Shown piece by piece: positions 46,153 to 56,439 of a DNA stretch of 64,000 nucleotides. The notes under the pieces were generated by a model, which was not told the origin of the DNA, ran no database searches, and saw nothing but the letters and a program-made list of their open reading frames with translations. The DNA is from a virus. The first letter of the stretch is position 1. The number at the start of each line of letters is the position of its first letter. The stretch lies in the IMG/VR virus record IMGVR_UViG_3300045988_160259, positions 1 to 64,000 of that record. One strand, given 5' to 3'. Position numbers and translations under genes: made by a program.

Positions 46153-48918
46153 TTATCTTTTACGCTTTCTTTCACGGTCTAATTTCTTACGATATTCACG
46201 TTGACAATCATCACATCTTACTGATTTTGACTTAGAATCAACCTCAATCCATTCTCCACAATCCATGCATTGAATAAACTTTGTCGATTTAATTTTGATA
46301 TTATTATTCAAATTATTTACTACATATTGTCCATAACAAAACCAGAAGAGTTGTTTTCCTCTCTTTTCGTTTCCATATAAATATTGAATCAACATATCAG
46401 CAATAACATCTTCTGAATATCCAAAATCTAAAAATTGATTTCGAATAGAACAAGCAACATAATGAAGATTATCAATATATTCATCTTTCATATTTACCAT
46501 ATAACGGTATTCTTTATTGAGCTTATCATATAAATTAGAAACTTCTTTTGAACATACAATATTTACATTGTGCATCATTTTTTGATAATCTAACTTCCCT
46601 AATTTCATTCCTCTTGTGTTTATAGATTTATTAGGGATTTTGTCATATAATTTATTAACAAAACTTTGATTGCGCATACTAACTTGATCAGCTTCTTTAT
46701 CTTTTGCATATTCAAAGAATGCAGGTAACTTCGCGTTCGTAAATTCCTTGATTTCATCATTAATACGATCGGGAAAAGCAGGTTTGTACAAAGTTTTGGC
46801 GTAATCGATCACAAAATTATTCTGACAACATAAGCGTTTTACACAATCAATAGCATGTTGCTTTTCTTCTTCTGACCCATTAATAAATACATCGTTATTC
46901 CAGATCTTTGAAATATTATTACTATAAATTCCAATATTGCCACCGGTAAATGCAGCATTAAGCCCATCATAAATGTTTTGGTTATTCAAAAGTTTTGGCT
47001 CTGCTTTGCGCATATTATAATAAAGAGGAACAATTCCTTCCATATTTTTCTCTGCGATATTCACAAAATTTAGATCTGCAACAACTAAAGATTTATCTCC
47101 ATCCACATCGAACTGTAAAATTTTACTGATCAAATCACGAGTACTGGTATAAACTCCGTTTGTTGTAAACCATTGTCTGATTCTTCGAGATCGTTCCCCA
47201 TATTTCTCATGCGCAACGTTCAAACGAATAGCATGTTCTTTGTAAAGATGTGGGCTGCGGAGACAATCAAGCTTCTCATTTTTGTTAAAAAGCCAACAGA
47301 ATACTTCTTTGTCATTTAGCAACCCTTCTGGGGTATCTATATGTTTAAACCAATATTCACAAGCCGCATAAAAATCCGGTAAAAGGAATGTATATTTCCC
47401 ATGGACTTCAAGTTTCCCGCTGCGATATTTCTTCACAAGACTATTTTTTACTTCACGAATTACATCTTTAGCATAGGTATCATTCAATAATGCAGGATAA
47501 AGTTTTACAGCTTTTTGAAATGGTGTCATATTTGTATTATATGGGGTGATACCTAAAATCTCTTTGACTGTTTTTTCTGAATTGCAAATATTGGTAATTT
47601 TATCAACTGACCTTTTCGTAAGTAAATCAATCTCTTCATCTGTAATATCAGTTAATGTCTGCAACATTTGATAGTTAATTTTTGCATCTTTAATTCTATC
47701 TTCTTCAATATTACACCGACCAGCCTGACAATTATATTTTTTAAAATTATCCTTATACTCATCCCAAGAATCATAAAACTTATACATCTTGAATTGACTT
47801 TTGGTAAAGATAATCCGAATATCATCATCAAAAATATTATACTCTTTGCCGTATATATCTTTGATAGTAGGAGATCCATCATTTACTTCAATAAACTTTC
47901 TGAAATCAAAAACTCCTAATAATCCTTTTACCCATGGCGCACGAAACATAGTATTTTTAGTCATAACTGATGGAAGCATCATACCAGCTCCATCAGTATG
48001 AGGAATCGGTACATCACCAGTTTTTCTTGTAATTGAATAATCCGACTCATCAATAAAATCAAAAGTCCCTGGTACATTCGTTTCAAAATCATCAATTACT
48101 ATACAACGGTCAATATCAAAATCAGTCCACTGGTCAGTTGCAGAATTTGCTAATGCCATATAAGCTAAATGTTTATTTACATTATTACCACCCTTTGAAT
48201 TGATCTTTTCTATTGTAAGGCCACACATAATAGTTTTTTCAACCTTATCCCAAACAGATTCTTTAATAAATACTGCTTTTTTCTTCCTGATTTGCCCAGC
48301 AGAAGAAGTAAAATATCTATATTTTTCACCTTTATATGTAAAACCATAAAAAGAAATATCTTTAAATACATCAAAATAGTAAATTTGAACCACAATTAAA
48401 GCATCCGTCAGTTCATCTTTTTTTATACCGATAGAGCGAGTAAGAGATGATTCAAATACAGAGATAATATTTTGATCTGTTAATTCTTCTTCTCTTAAAC
48501 GTCTTAGCGGGATTTGATTATATGGAATATTTTGTGAAATACAATAACCAATTTTATTAGACAACTTCTCTTTATTAAGAACTTTATTTTTTAGAAGTGT
48601 TAAAAGTTTTTCTTTTGATGCTTTTGCTTTCTTTCGTTTATGTTCTATAATCAAATTTAATCTGACATAATTTTTAACCATATCATTAGTTAGAAGACGA
48701 TAATCTTTTTCTGTATACGCTTTGAATTCTTTAATCTCTTCTAATGTATAACCATTTAAAAGTAGTTCATTTTCTGAATTGGAAAGCATATTATTCACAT
48801 AATTTCGTTCGCTTCTGTATTTACAATTCATTTCATGCAAATATTTTTCATGATTACTGTAAAAATGTCCCGTATCCACAGAATACATATTAATTTGTGT
48901 ATCTAAAATAACTATCAT
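46153..48918 (-). CDS. YonO / RdRP-like single-subunit two-barrel RNA polymerase
   Basis: Motifs FTSSAGQIRKKK, HTDGAGMM, LRSPHLYKEH and the metal-binding FDVDGDK (47095-47109). C-terminal CxxC..CxxC zinc ribbon. Confidence 0.65.
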   Translation of the reverse strand: MIVILDTQINMYSVDTGHFYSNHEKYLHEMNCKYRSERNYVNNMLSNSENELLLNGYTLEEIKEFKAYTEKDYRLLTNDMVKNYVRLNLIIEHKRKKAKASKEKLLTLLKNKVLNKEKLSNKIGYCISQNIPYNQIPLRRLREEELTDQNIISVFESSLTRSIGIKKDELTDALIVVQIYYFDVFKDISFYGFTYKGEKYRYFTSSAGQIRKKKAVFIKESVWDKVEKTIMCGLTIEKINSKGGNNVNKHLAYMALANSATDQWTDFDIDRCIVIDDFETNVPGTFDFIDESDYSITRKTGDVPIPHTDGAGMMLPSVMTKNTMFRAPWVKGLLGVFDFRKFIEVNDGSPTIKDIYGKEYNIFDDDIRIIFTKSQFKMYKFYDSWDEYKDNFKKYNCQAGRCNIEEDRIKDAKINYQMLQTLTDITDEEIDLLTKRSVDKITNICNSEKTVKEILGITPYNTNMTPFQKAVKLYPALLNDTYAKDVIREVKNSLVKKYRSGKLEVHGKYTFLLPDFYAACEYWFKHIDTPEGLLNDKEVFCWLFNKNEKLDCLRSPHLYKEHAIRLNVAHEKYGERSRRIRQWFTTNGVYTSTRDLISKILQFDVDGDKSLVVADLNFVNIAEKNMEGIVPLYYNMRKAEPKLLNNQNIYDGLNAAFTGGNIGIYSNNISKIWNNDVFINGSEEEKQHAIDCVKRLCCQNNFVIDYAKTLYKPAFPDRINDEIKEFTNAKLPAFFEYAKDKEADQVSMRNQSFVNKLYDKIPNKSINTRGMKLGKLDYQKMMHNVNIVCSKEVSNLYDKLNKEYRYMVNMKDEYIDNLHYVACSIRNQFLDFGYSEDVIADMLIQYLYGNEKRGKQLFWFCYGQYVVNNLNNNIKIKSTKFIQCMDCGEWIEVDSKSKSVRCDDCQREYRKKLDRERKRKR

Positions 48919-48926
48919 TCCTTTCT

Positions 48927-49193
48927 TTAATTAACTAGAATATTTCCAAATATATCCAAACGCTGTTTTTGATTCCCTTTGCAACAACTTAATATGGATG
49001 AAGTTTGTTCTAAACTTATATCTAAAGTATTTGAAATTTCTTTTGTAGAAGACCATGTCTTTATAAAATTTTCATCTAGATCATACTGCTCTATCTTTTT
49101 ACCTTTTAAGATTGAATTTTTTCCACAACAAATATATATTGGACTTTCTATTACATTATCTTCATTTACAAAACAAATGTATATCCATGATAT
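48927..49193 (-). pseudogene. NUMOD1-type HTH fragment without a start codon, out of frame with the LAGLIDADG ORF
   Basis: 88 open codons (..KIEQYDLDENFIKTWSSTKEISNTLDISLEQTSSILSCCKGNQKQ..) in the -1 frame relative to the end of the LAGLIDADG ORF. No ATG, GTG or TTG. Confidence 0.45.
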
Positions 49194-50125
49194 TCACAAC
49201 GTTCATGATACAAACACTGAGTAAAAGAAGTTCTGGAGATATGTTCTCCTAAGATCGATTTGCTTTCTCTTTCTAATTTTCTACGATTATCACATGTACC
49301 TATGTATTCTCCGAATTTATATATATTAAACGCTTCATTACAAACTGAATTTCTATGTTTATATGAATAATCCATAGATTTCTGTTTATTAGATATTTCT
49401 TCTTTAAGTAAAAGGTATTTTTGATACTTTCGTTCAAGATAGATTGTTGATCCTTCATACAACCAATCTAAGATTTTTTCTACTATATTATTACCATCAA
49501 TTAATAATGTATAATTATCATGCCCATTATCCCATCTGCTATGAATATCACCTACAAATTTAACTACATTTTTATTTAAATATTCCTTTGTTTTGTTAAT
49601 AAATGCGGAAGTTCCTGTAAAAGTAATTTGAAAATGTATATAATTTTTTCTGAATTTACTTTTTGATTTTCTTACACTTCCAGATATACTTCCATCTCCA
49701 TCCAAATAACCTCTAAGAAAATGATGAATTAAATTATTTGGAACAATTTCTTCGGAAGGAAATATAATTTTAAACGTTTTTCTTGGCGGACAACCCAACT
49801 TGATTAAATCATCTACTATTTGGTCACTTCGAAAAGACAACCTACACATATCTCTGGTAAAATTGTAGTCTCTATTTTGATATTTAAAAAATTCATTCCT
49901 TTCGTAAATATGTCTTTTTATAGGGCATTCATTATTCATTTCTTCTGCTATGGTTTTTAATAAAGCTACATCCTTGTATTTTAAATCTAGTTTTGCCCAC
50001 TTGCTAGATCCACTATTTGAATAAACACATCCATCTGCATATAATAATCCAAGAATATATGCTTTTCTTTCTGTGTCAATTTTATTAAAATAATTATCAT
50101 TTATATTATATTTTCTATTTTTCAA
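49166..50125 (-). CDS. LAGLIDADG homing endonuclease
   Basis: Two motifs, LGLLYADGCV and LRGYLDGDGSI. TTG start without SD. Confidence 0.8.
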   Translation of the reverse strand: MKNRKYNINDNYFNKIDTERKAYILGLLYADGCVYSNSGSSKWAKLDLKYKDVALLKTIAEEMNNECPIKRHIYERNEFFKYQNRDYNFTRDMCRLSFRSDQIVDDLIKLGCPPRKTFKIIFPSEEIVPNNLIHHFLRGYLDGDGSISGSVRKSKSKFRKNYIHFQITFTGTSAFINKTKEYLNKNVVKFVGDIHSRWDNGHDNYTLLIDGNNIVEKILDWLYEGSTIYLERKYQKYLLLKEEISNKQKSMDYSYKHRNSVCNEAFNIYKFGEYIGTCDNRRKLERESKSILGEHISRTSFTQCLYHERCEYHGYTFVL

Positions 50126-50216
50126 TTAACTACTTGGAGCTTTGCAAATTTAAGTCATGACACTCACATCTCCTTTCGCTTTTTAAAAATTATCACCTAT
50201 ACTATATATTCTCTAT

Positions 50217-50621
50217 TTATTCCTCCAAAATCTTATATTCTCCATCATCAACACAGATAATAATTCCATACTGATGTAGCTCTAAATCATTAAACATACC
50301 ACAAACTTGAAGATAGTCTTCAGAAATGTTTTTCAATTTAATACAATGAATTTCACCATCATATTTAATTGCACCAAGCATTTCATTCTTTTCATTGATT
50401 GCAAAAACAACACAATAATTGCAATCTTGAGTATCTACAAGCTCATAACAAAAATCATAGATGTCATCATCATTTTCAAGTAAAACATTCATTTTCTCAC
50501 CACATCCGCATTCACAAACTGGCGCACATAACATGTTATATTCAGGATCTAATCCAAAATCCTTAAGTTTCAAGTTTTTAAAATTCCATACAAAATCTAT
50601 AATATTTGTATTAATATTCAT
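50217..50621 (-). CDS. hypothetical Cys-rich protein
   Basis: ATG at 50621 follows SD AGGAGGA. ATGA overlap with the deaminase stop codon. Confidence 0.6.
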   Translation of the reverse strand: MNINTNIIDFVWNFKNLKLKDFGLDPEYNMLCAPVCECGCGEKMNVLLENDDDIYDFCYELVDTQDCNYCVVFAINEKNEMLGAIKYDGEIHCIKLKNISEDYLQVCGMFNDLELHQYGIIICVDDGEYKILEE

Positions 50622-51058
50622 ACTAAATCCTCCTGTGTTACACATTCATAAGCAAAGCCTTCATTTGTAGTATAGTAAATGTGTTTTATGCCTAAATCCT
50701 TGATGGCAGCCATACATGACGGACATGGCCTAGACATACCATAAGGTTTATCATTTCGTTTTCGATATATATATAATTTTACTTTGGAAAAATCTATATC
50801 CAGATGTCGGATGGAATTGATACAGCTAATTTCTGCATGTATTTTAGGAAGAAGTGTTTCCTGATCAACGTCAGTAATTCTATATTTGTTATAATATTTC
50901 TGTACTGGATGTGTTTTGTTGGTATTACAACCAATGCCAATAATATTTCCCTTATATACTGCTACACAACCAATATGTACGTTTTTATAATCAGAAATAT
51001 CTGCAGCCTGTCTTGCTTTAGATAAATATCTACGATCAGTTTTAGTAAACAAACTCAT
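50618..51058 (-). CDS. dCMP/cytidine deaminase
   Basis: Zinc motifs HAEISC and PCPSCMAAI. Confidence 0.85.
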   Translation of the reverse strand: MSLFTKTDRRYLSKARQAADISDYKNVHIGCVAVYKGNIIGIGCNTNKTHPVQKYYNKYRITDVDQETLLPKIHAEISCINSIRHLDIDFSKVKLYIYRKRNDKPYGMSRPCPSCMAAIKDLGIKHIYYTTNEGFAYECVTQEDLV

Positions 51059-51287
51059 CCACTTCCTTTACTGTGGACTGATTAGTTTTAAATTTTTGTG
51101 TTTGAATAATATTTCTTCGACACTGTTCATCAAATTTTCTGTCTGCAATAATCTTTTCTGCGAAGTGCGATCCATGTGATAGGGTAGTAGAATTCGGATA
51201 TGGAGAAAGTTCTGTAAACTGAATTACTCCTCCAAATCTTGTATTATCTCTTAAACTTCTGGTGCAAAATCTTGTGTTCTCTTTCAT
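51042..51287 (-). CDS. hypothetical small protein
   Basis: 81 aa ORF overlapping the deaminase start by 17 nt. Confidence 0.4.
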   Translation of the reverse strand: MKENTRFCTRSLRDNTRFGGVIQFTELSPYPNSTTLSHGSHFAEKIIADRKFDEQCRRNIIQTQKFKTNQSTVKEVDEFVY

Positions 51288-51391
51288 AATTAATGTCTCC
51301 TTTGATTTTCATAATTTTTAAATACATTTCTATCACTCCTTAGTTATAGGGATGATTAATAGTTCCTAATTTTATGTTCTCTAAACATTCA

Positions 51392-53251
51392 TCAACATTT
51401 CATCTTTTTAACGCTATCTCCAAGTTCATCAATAAACGGACTAGGATTCATCAGATTATCATTGTATGATGCAGTAGAAGAGAGATATAATTCATTCTCT
51501 GCTCTTGTAATTCCGACATATAATAACCTGCGTTCGTCATCGAGATTATCACTTTTTGCATGTGGGAGCAGTCCATCATTTAATCCAACAATAAACACGA
51601 TTGGATATTCCAACCCTTTTGCTCTATGAATTGTTGAGAGATGTACTTTATCATTATTCTCCATTGCAACTTGTCTATTGATGTCATCTAAGTACAATAT
51701 AAACTCATTTAAATCAGAATACTTTTCTGCAATATTCTGAAAAGCATCCATATTTTCAATCTGTTCCGAAAATCCACCATCATCAGCCTGTTTACCCTTG
51801 CTAACAAAATCATCGATTTTAAGATAGAATCTCAAGTATTCAATCATCTTACCAACCGACTCGAATTTTCTGTTCTGTAGTGTATTAATAACTTCATATA
51901 ATTGATCAATTCCATTTTTGAAACGCCAATTTCTACGATCAATCGTAAACATTGCGTTGTACAAAGAAGTGTTTTTCTTCGTAGCATTTTCCTTGACTTC
52001 AGCGAAAAATTTCTGATATAACCAACGATTTGGTTTATTATACACATACGAAAATGCTGAATTATCTCCTTCGTGCAATGCCAATTTAAGATAGGAGATC
52101 AGTAACTTAATCTCTGGTAGTTCCGTAAACATGACCCCATTAACAACGTCATATGGAATCATATTTTTAGACATGACAGTTTGCAATATTGTCAACTGGG
52201 CATTTGTCCTTGCTAGAACAGCCATGTCTCTATACTCATTGTTCTCTCTTTTCTCTGTGATCTTTTTACAAATCCAAGAGGCTTCGTCATATTCACTTAC
52301 AAATTTTCTATATTCAGGGAGCTGATTCTTTCCTTTAGAAGCAATACTTTCTACGTAATTCTTATCCTTACTGTCAGGAATATGCTGCGCCAACATATTC
52401 GCCATACGTACAATATCTGTACTACATCTGTAATTCGTGTTTAAATGGACGATTTTCACATCAGAATAGTCCTGATCAAATTGCATAATGTATTCGCTGC
52501 GTCCACCACGAAAAGAATAGATTGCCTGTAAAGGATCACCTACAATCATAGTGTTTTTATTATTAATTCTTTTAAGAAGAAGAGACTGTGCCATAGACAC
52601 ATCCTGAAACTCATCTGATAACACGTAAAGATATTTATTCTGATAAAATTTTAAAATATCTTGGAATTTGTCAAAACACTGATTTGCCATATTCAGGAAA
52701 TCATCAAATTCAATATAGGACTTATCCTTTTTATAATCTTCGTACATTTTATAAATCTTTTTCATCCGATCATCAGGATACGGATCGTCATCTGAATAAA
52801 TCAAACTATCTGTTGACCCTAACATATTTGTCTTTTGAATTCCCAAAAATCTCAGTATTCCATTATAAGGAACATCATCTTTGTTCTTGCATAATCCAAG
52901 TAAATCACAACAAATTTCTTTCAGTGCTTTTTCTTTTTCCCAAGATGCAGTCCATACCTTGTATTTTCCATATCCATATGTAGAAGTAATAATTTTAAGA
53001 GCGAGAGAGTGAAAAGTTTCTACATTTACACCCGTTACTCCAAGTTTTCCTAATCTCTGCTCAATGCTTTCTTTTGCCTTTTTACTGAACGTGACAGCCA
53101 AAATAGTAGTGGGATCAATTCCATGATTCTTAACCATGTTTAAAATTCTATATGTAAGTACAGATGTCTTTCCAGATCCAGCTGCAGCAATGACAACCAT
53201 ATTCCCGTCTATGGTGTGAATGGCTTCTTTTTGGTTTGTATTAAATTCCAT
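51392..53251 (-). CDS. UvrD/PcrA-family helicase
   Basis: Walker A AAAGSGKT, DEFQD box, C-terminal TIHRAKGLE. ATG at 53251 follows SD AAAGGAGA. Confidence 0.85.
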   Translation of the reverse strand: MEFNTNQKEAIHTIDGNMVVIAAAGSGKTSVLTYRILNMVKNHGIDPTTILAVTFSKKAKESIEQRLGKLGVTGVNVETFHSLALKIITSTYGYGKYKVWTASWEKEKALKEICCDLLGLCKNKDDVPYNGILRFLGIQKTNMLGSTDSLIYSDDDPYPDDRMKKIYKMYEDYKKDKSYIEFDDFLNMANQCFDKFQDILKFYQNKYLYVLSDEFQDVSMAQSLLLKRINNKNTMIVGDPLQAIYSFRGGRSEYIMQFDQDYSDVKIVHLNTNYRCSTDIVRMANMLAQHIPDSKDKNYVESIASKGKNQLPEYRKFVSEYDEASWICKKITEKRENNEYRDMAVLARTNAQLTILQTVMSKNMIPYDVVNGVMFTELPEIKLLISYLKLALHEGDNSAFSYVYNKPNRWLYQKFFAEVKENATKKNTSLYNAMFTIDRRNWRFKNGIDQLYEVINTLQNRKFESVGKMIEYLRFYLKIDDFVSKGKQADDGGFSEQIENMDAFQNIAEKYSDLNEFILYLDDINRQVAMENNDKVHLSTIHRAKGLEYPIVFIVGLNDGLLPHAKSDNLDDERRLLYVGITRAENELYLSSTASYNDNLMNPSPFIDELGDSVKKMKC

Positions 53252-53267
53252 TTTTATATCTCCTTTG

Positions 53268-54347
53268 CTAATTAATTTGAAGTGTGTATTCATCTTCAAC
53301 TTTACGTTTATTAATTCTCTTCCCAAGATATTCGGTTTCATTGTTTATTGTCATTTCGCACAACCCCTTAAAACACAGGGAATAATCATCTTTGCTTTCA
53401 TAGATCGTATATTTTCGAGGTGATTTATCAAAACGTTTTTGAGCATTGCCAATAATCATCTCTGTGAAAGTATCATTAAATTTTTTGATAATATTGGATT
53501 GATGTGGAAATTGATTTAGAACAAAACTACATTTGTCAAGATCGATGTAATAAGCTTCATATGACTTATAGACAAGTTTGATTTTGCGTTTATATAATTC
53601 ATCTTTGATGGCTTCGTTAAATCGTTGTGATTTTTTGCTGTAATATCTTTCTGATGCATTTGTGATATTTGCTTTTTCATCAGCAACCTTAATACAAGCA
53701 GCATAAAAATCCATATCTTCTTTGGACGCCTCTCTAGTTTCCAATTTAATATTTGCATGAACAACTCCATCCGAATCGATTTCAATCATCTCGTCTGATA
53801 CTTCAGAAGTGATCTTGTACACATCACGCCAGATGATAAGACCTGCGGATTTAAGATAATCCAGAGCATTCATAATATAATACTCAATCATATCATCTGA
53901 TTTATTATAAAATTCATTAATAGTATCCAGTTCGTATTTAATAGCTCTGCTAGTTTCCTCTTTATTATATTTACAGAGATTATAATTTTGGTTGACCATA
54001 TTGATTTCTCTGGCCCATTTGCCAAGCGTGATATCAATTTTTCGATTCTGATCATGTCCATTAATAATTTTTTCCAGTAATAGTGGAACAATATATTGAT
54101 ATAGAGAAGTATTCATCTTCTTAAAATTAGCTGGTAAGATATATGGATAGACTTCTGTAATTTCATATTCTCTTTTACCAAGATCAACAATTTTACAGTA
54201 TTTGGACATTTTTTCCAAAAGAGTCCTTTTGTTCTTTGTTAGGAGCTTACCATTTTTGATGTACGACTCCTTAACAGCAGGGCTTGCATACTTGTTTACG
54301 AGATCAATTTCTTTAATTTTCCCTTGTTTTACAACCATTTTTTCCAT
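53268..54347 (-). CDS. hypothetical early protein
   Basis: 359 aa ORF with SD AAAGGAGGAAA. Repeats and an inverted repeat lie upstream. Confidence 0.65.
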   Translation of the reverse strand: MEKMVVKQGKIKEIDLVNKYASPAVKESYIKNGKLLTKNKRTLLEKMSKYCKIVDLGKREYEITEVYPYILPANFKKMNTSLYQYIVPLLLEKIINGHDQNRKIDITLGKWAREINMVNQNYNLCKYNKEETSRAIKYELDTINEFYNKSDDMIEYYIMNALDYLKSAGLIIWRDVYKITSEVSDEMIEIDSDGVVHANIKLETREASKEDMDFYAACIKVADEKANITNASERYYSKKSQRFNEAIKDELYKRKIKLVYKSYEAYYIDLDKCSFVLNQFPHQSNIIKKFNDTFTEMIIGNAQKRFDKSPRKYTIYESKDDYSLCFKGLCEMTINNETEYLGKRINKRKVEDEYTLQIN

Positions 54348-54553
54348 TTTTTAATTTTTCCTCCTTTAAAATTCCCTTATTTTTTCTGGAAAAAGTTCCT
54401 CTCAAAAACGGGTACCAAAAGTTCCTAATATATAATATATATAGGGAAGAAATGGTACCCGCATTTCACCCAATATTTATAAGCAAAAAAATGCTCTATT
54501 TTATAATCTGTTTATAATTGGTTAATGAATACTTTATAATTGTATTAGTACCT

Positions 54554-54668
54554 GGTGGCTGCTTTAGCAGACGCCAGAGCAAGGAGAGCTACTGCATCTC
54601 CGCGCTAGTAGCGTGGCACACTATTGTCAATCCAACCGTGCAACCGAGAAACTACCGTAGCCACTTTT
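54554..54668 (+). ncRNA. small GC-rich structured element (strand uncertain)
   Basis: Closing helix GGTGGCT/AGCCAC around four local hairpins, followed by TTTT. Stands out in an AT-rich intergenic region. Confidence 0.3.
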
Positions 54669-54710
54669 GATAATTCATTCTCTAATAGAATAATGGTTTT
54701 ATCAAATTGT

Positions 54711-55481
54711 TCACTCATCCAGAATTGCATCAACCATCTCTTCAAATAAACTTCTATATTCTTTGTCATAAGCTAGTGCATCCATGGTCATACAATTCTT
54801 TAGATTATTATTATGACAATAGTCATCTATCATCTGATTTAAATCCTTATCTGTATATTGTTCTCCAAACTCTTTAAATAATTTTCTATATAATGTTTTG
54901 TAATCATCAATTCCATATTTCATCATAATCCGCTTGAATTTAGGCATCATAATACTTACCCAATATGGCATTTTCTTGTTTGATATTGTTCCAAATGTAT
55001 TCATATTATTTTCTAATAAGGTCAATCGTTCATTTAACTGAGCAATATCTGTGTCATATCTTTCATATAGTAAATTAACTGCCTGAGTCATATTATTTTG
55101 GGCTTGAATAAGATTTTCAAGAGCTTTAATAATTGGCTGTAAGTTTATAGATGTAAAAGTATTATTTCTATATTTTTCTACAATATCCCATACCCAATCC
55201 ATAAATTCGTCTGCTTTCTTTTGATGGGACCATCTGCAAATTTCCATGACACCTTTATGGGAATAATAGTAAGTTTCATGTCCTAAACCATCTGACAAGC
55301 AAATGGACAGTTTGTCCAATCGGTCGCTATGTCTTTTATGAATTTTACCAATAGCATTTGTTGGATCTTTATATTCCAACGCTTGCCCAATTTGTTCTCT
55401 TGTCAATAAAATGTCATCATTCATATTTCTGTAAAAGCTGCAGTCCAGTTCTCCAAACTTCTCTGTTGTAATCAGTTTCAA
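54711..55481 (-). CDS. Bro-N domain protein (antirepressor-like)
   Basis: N-terminus ..FGELDCSFYRNMNDDILLTREQIGQAL.. is typical of Bro-N. Confidence 0.7.
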   Translation of the reverse strand: MKLITTEKFGELDCSFYRNMNDDILLTREQIGQALEYKDPTNAIGKIHKRHSDRLDKLSICLSDGLGHETYYYSHKGVMEICRWSHQKKADEFMDWVWDIVEKYRNNTFTSINLQPIIKALENLIQAQNNMTQAVNLLYERYDTDIAQLNERLTLLENNMNTFGTISNKKMPYWVSIMMPKFKRIMMKYGIDDYKTLYRKLFKEFGEQYTDKDLNQMIDDYCHNNNLKNCMTMDALAYDKEYRSLFEEMVDAILDE

Positions 55482-55600
55482 ATTATTATTTATAGTAAAT
55501 ATCTCCTTTTTTATTTATGATTTGCTTTGGTATTCACTTATTCTCCATACGATTTGAACCATTTTTGTGTTTTATGATTTGTCAATTTTTGATTTTGAGC

Positions 55601-55638
55601 ATAAAAAAATAGCAGACAAGATTTCTCTCATCTGCTAT
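55601..55638 (-). terminator. intrinsic terminator
   Basis: Minus strand ATAGCAGA..TCTGCTAT followed by TTTTTTTA. Confidence 0.65.
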
Positions 55639-55662
55639 AGGAATGTATTTTCATATATTATT

Positions 55663-56439
55663 TTATTCTTCTTCTCTTGCATTAATTGTATCAAAGGATA
55701 ACCAGAACACATCAGGCTTAGAAATAATCCTTGCATCAATGTATGCCATCTTCATGGAAAGACATGTTCTTGCTTGGTAACACTTTCCATCTATTTCATT
55801 AAGCACCAATGCAACGTCAGGAATATTATTTTTGTTGAAATATAATGGAATCATTAGCTGAATCCTGTTATTGTAGTAATGAGGAATAGCAAGCTTATAA
55901 TTCGCAGTAACCTTTTGAATTGAAGAATCGATTACTCCTTTTAGTGTTTCCAATGCAAGATCACTTGTCCGAATACGTTCTGGTAAACGCTGCGCTGTAT
56001 TAAGGTCATCTAAGATGTGTTCATAATGAACATTAACGGGATAATGCCAGTTGAATATGAGTTTGCCTGGATCAGAAAAGTAATCAGCTCTTTCTGGTAA
56101 ATCAATGATTTTTAAATCGCCTAGCTCATAACGATCTTTGAATCCTTTAAATATCCAACTTGAATAGCCTAATCTATTATTAGGTTCTGCATATACATAA
56201 ATTGGTTCGTTATAATTATCATATAGGCCTGTATTAAAAATACAATAATATTTTGCTGTAACGATTTTCCCTTCACTCTGCAGTTTTTGGAAAGTATGTT
56301 TCATATAATTTTTTAAAATTGAATAATCGTTTATATTTCCAAAAGACCACGGCTCTGACTGTGCTCTTTTTGCTAATTCCGCCATCTGAGCATTGTAATC
56401 TCCCCAATAGAAAAAGCTATATAAATCATTCATGCCCAA
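55663..56439 (-). CDS. hypothetical protein
   Basis: 258 aa ORF. No family recognised with confidence. Confidence 0.65.
   Translation of the reverse strand: MGMNDLYSFFYWGDYNAQMAELAKRAQSEPWSFGNINDYSILKNYMKHTFQKLQSEGKIVTAKYYCIFNTGLYDNYNEPIYVYAEPNNRLGYSSWIFKGFKDRYELGDLKIIDLPERADYFSDPGKLIFNWHYPVNVHYEHILDDLNTAQRLPERIRTSDLALETLKGVIDSSIQKVTANYKLAIPHYYNNRIQLMIPLYFNKNNIPDVALVLNEIDGKCYQARTCLSMKMAYIDARIISKPDVFWLSFDTINAREEE

Noticed and set aside
271-52784. Other CTGATGA occurrences as hammerheads (minus strand at ~279, 12555, 19212, 28533, 36373, 51785 and 52784; plus strand at ~20698 and ~40664)
   Set aside because: None has a stem II hairpin followed by GAAA and a pairing stem III. Most lie inside coding sequence.
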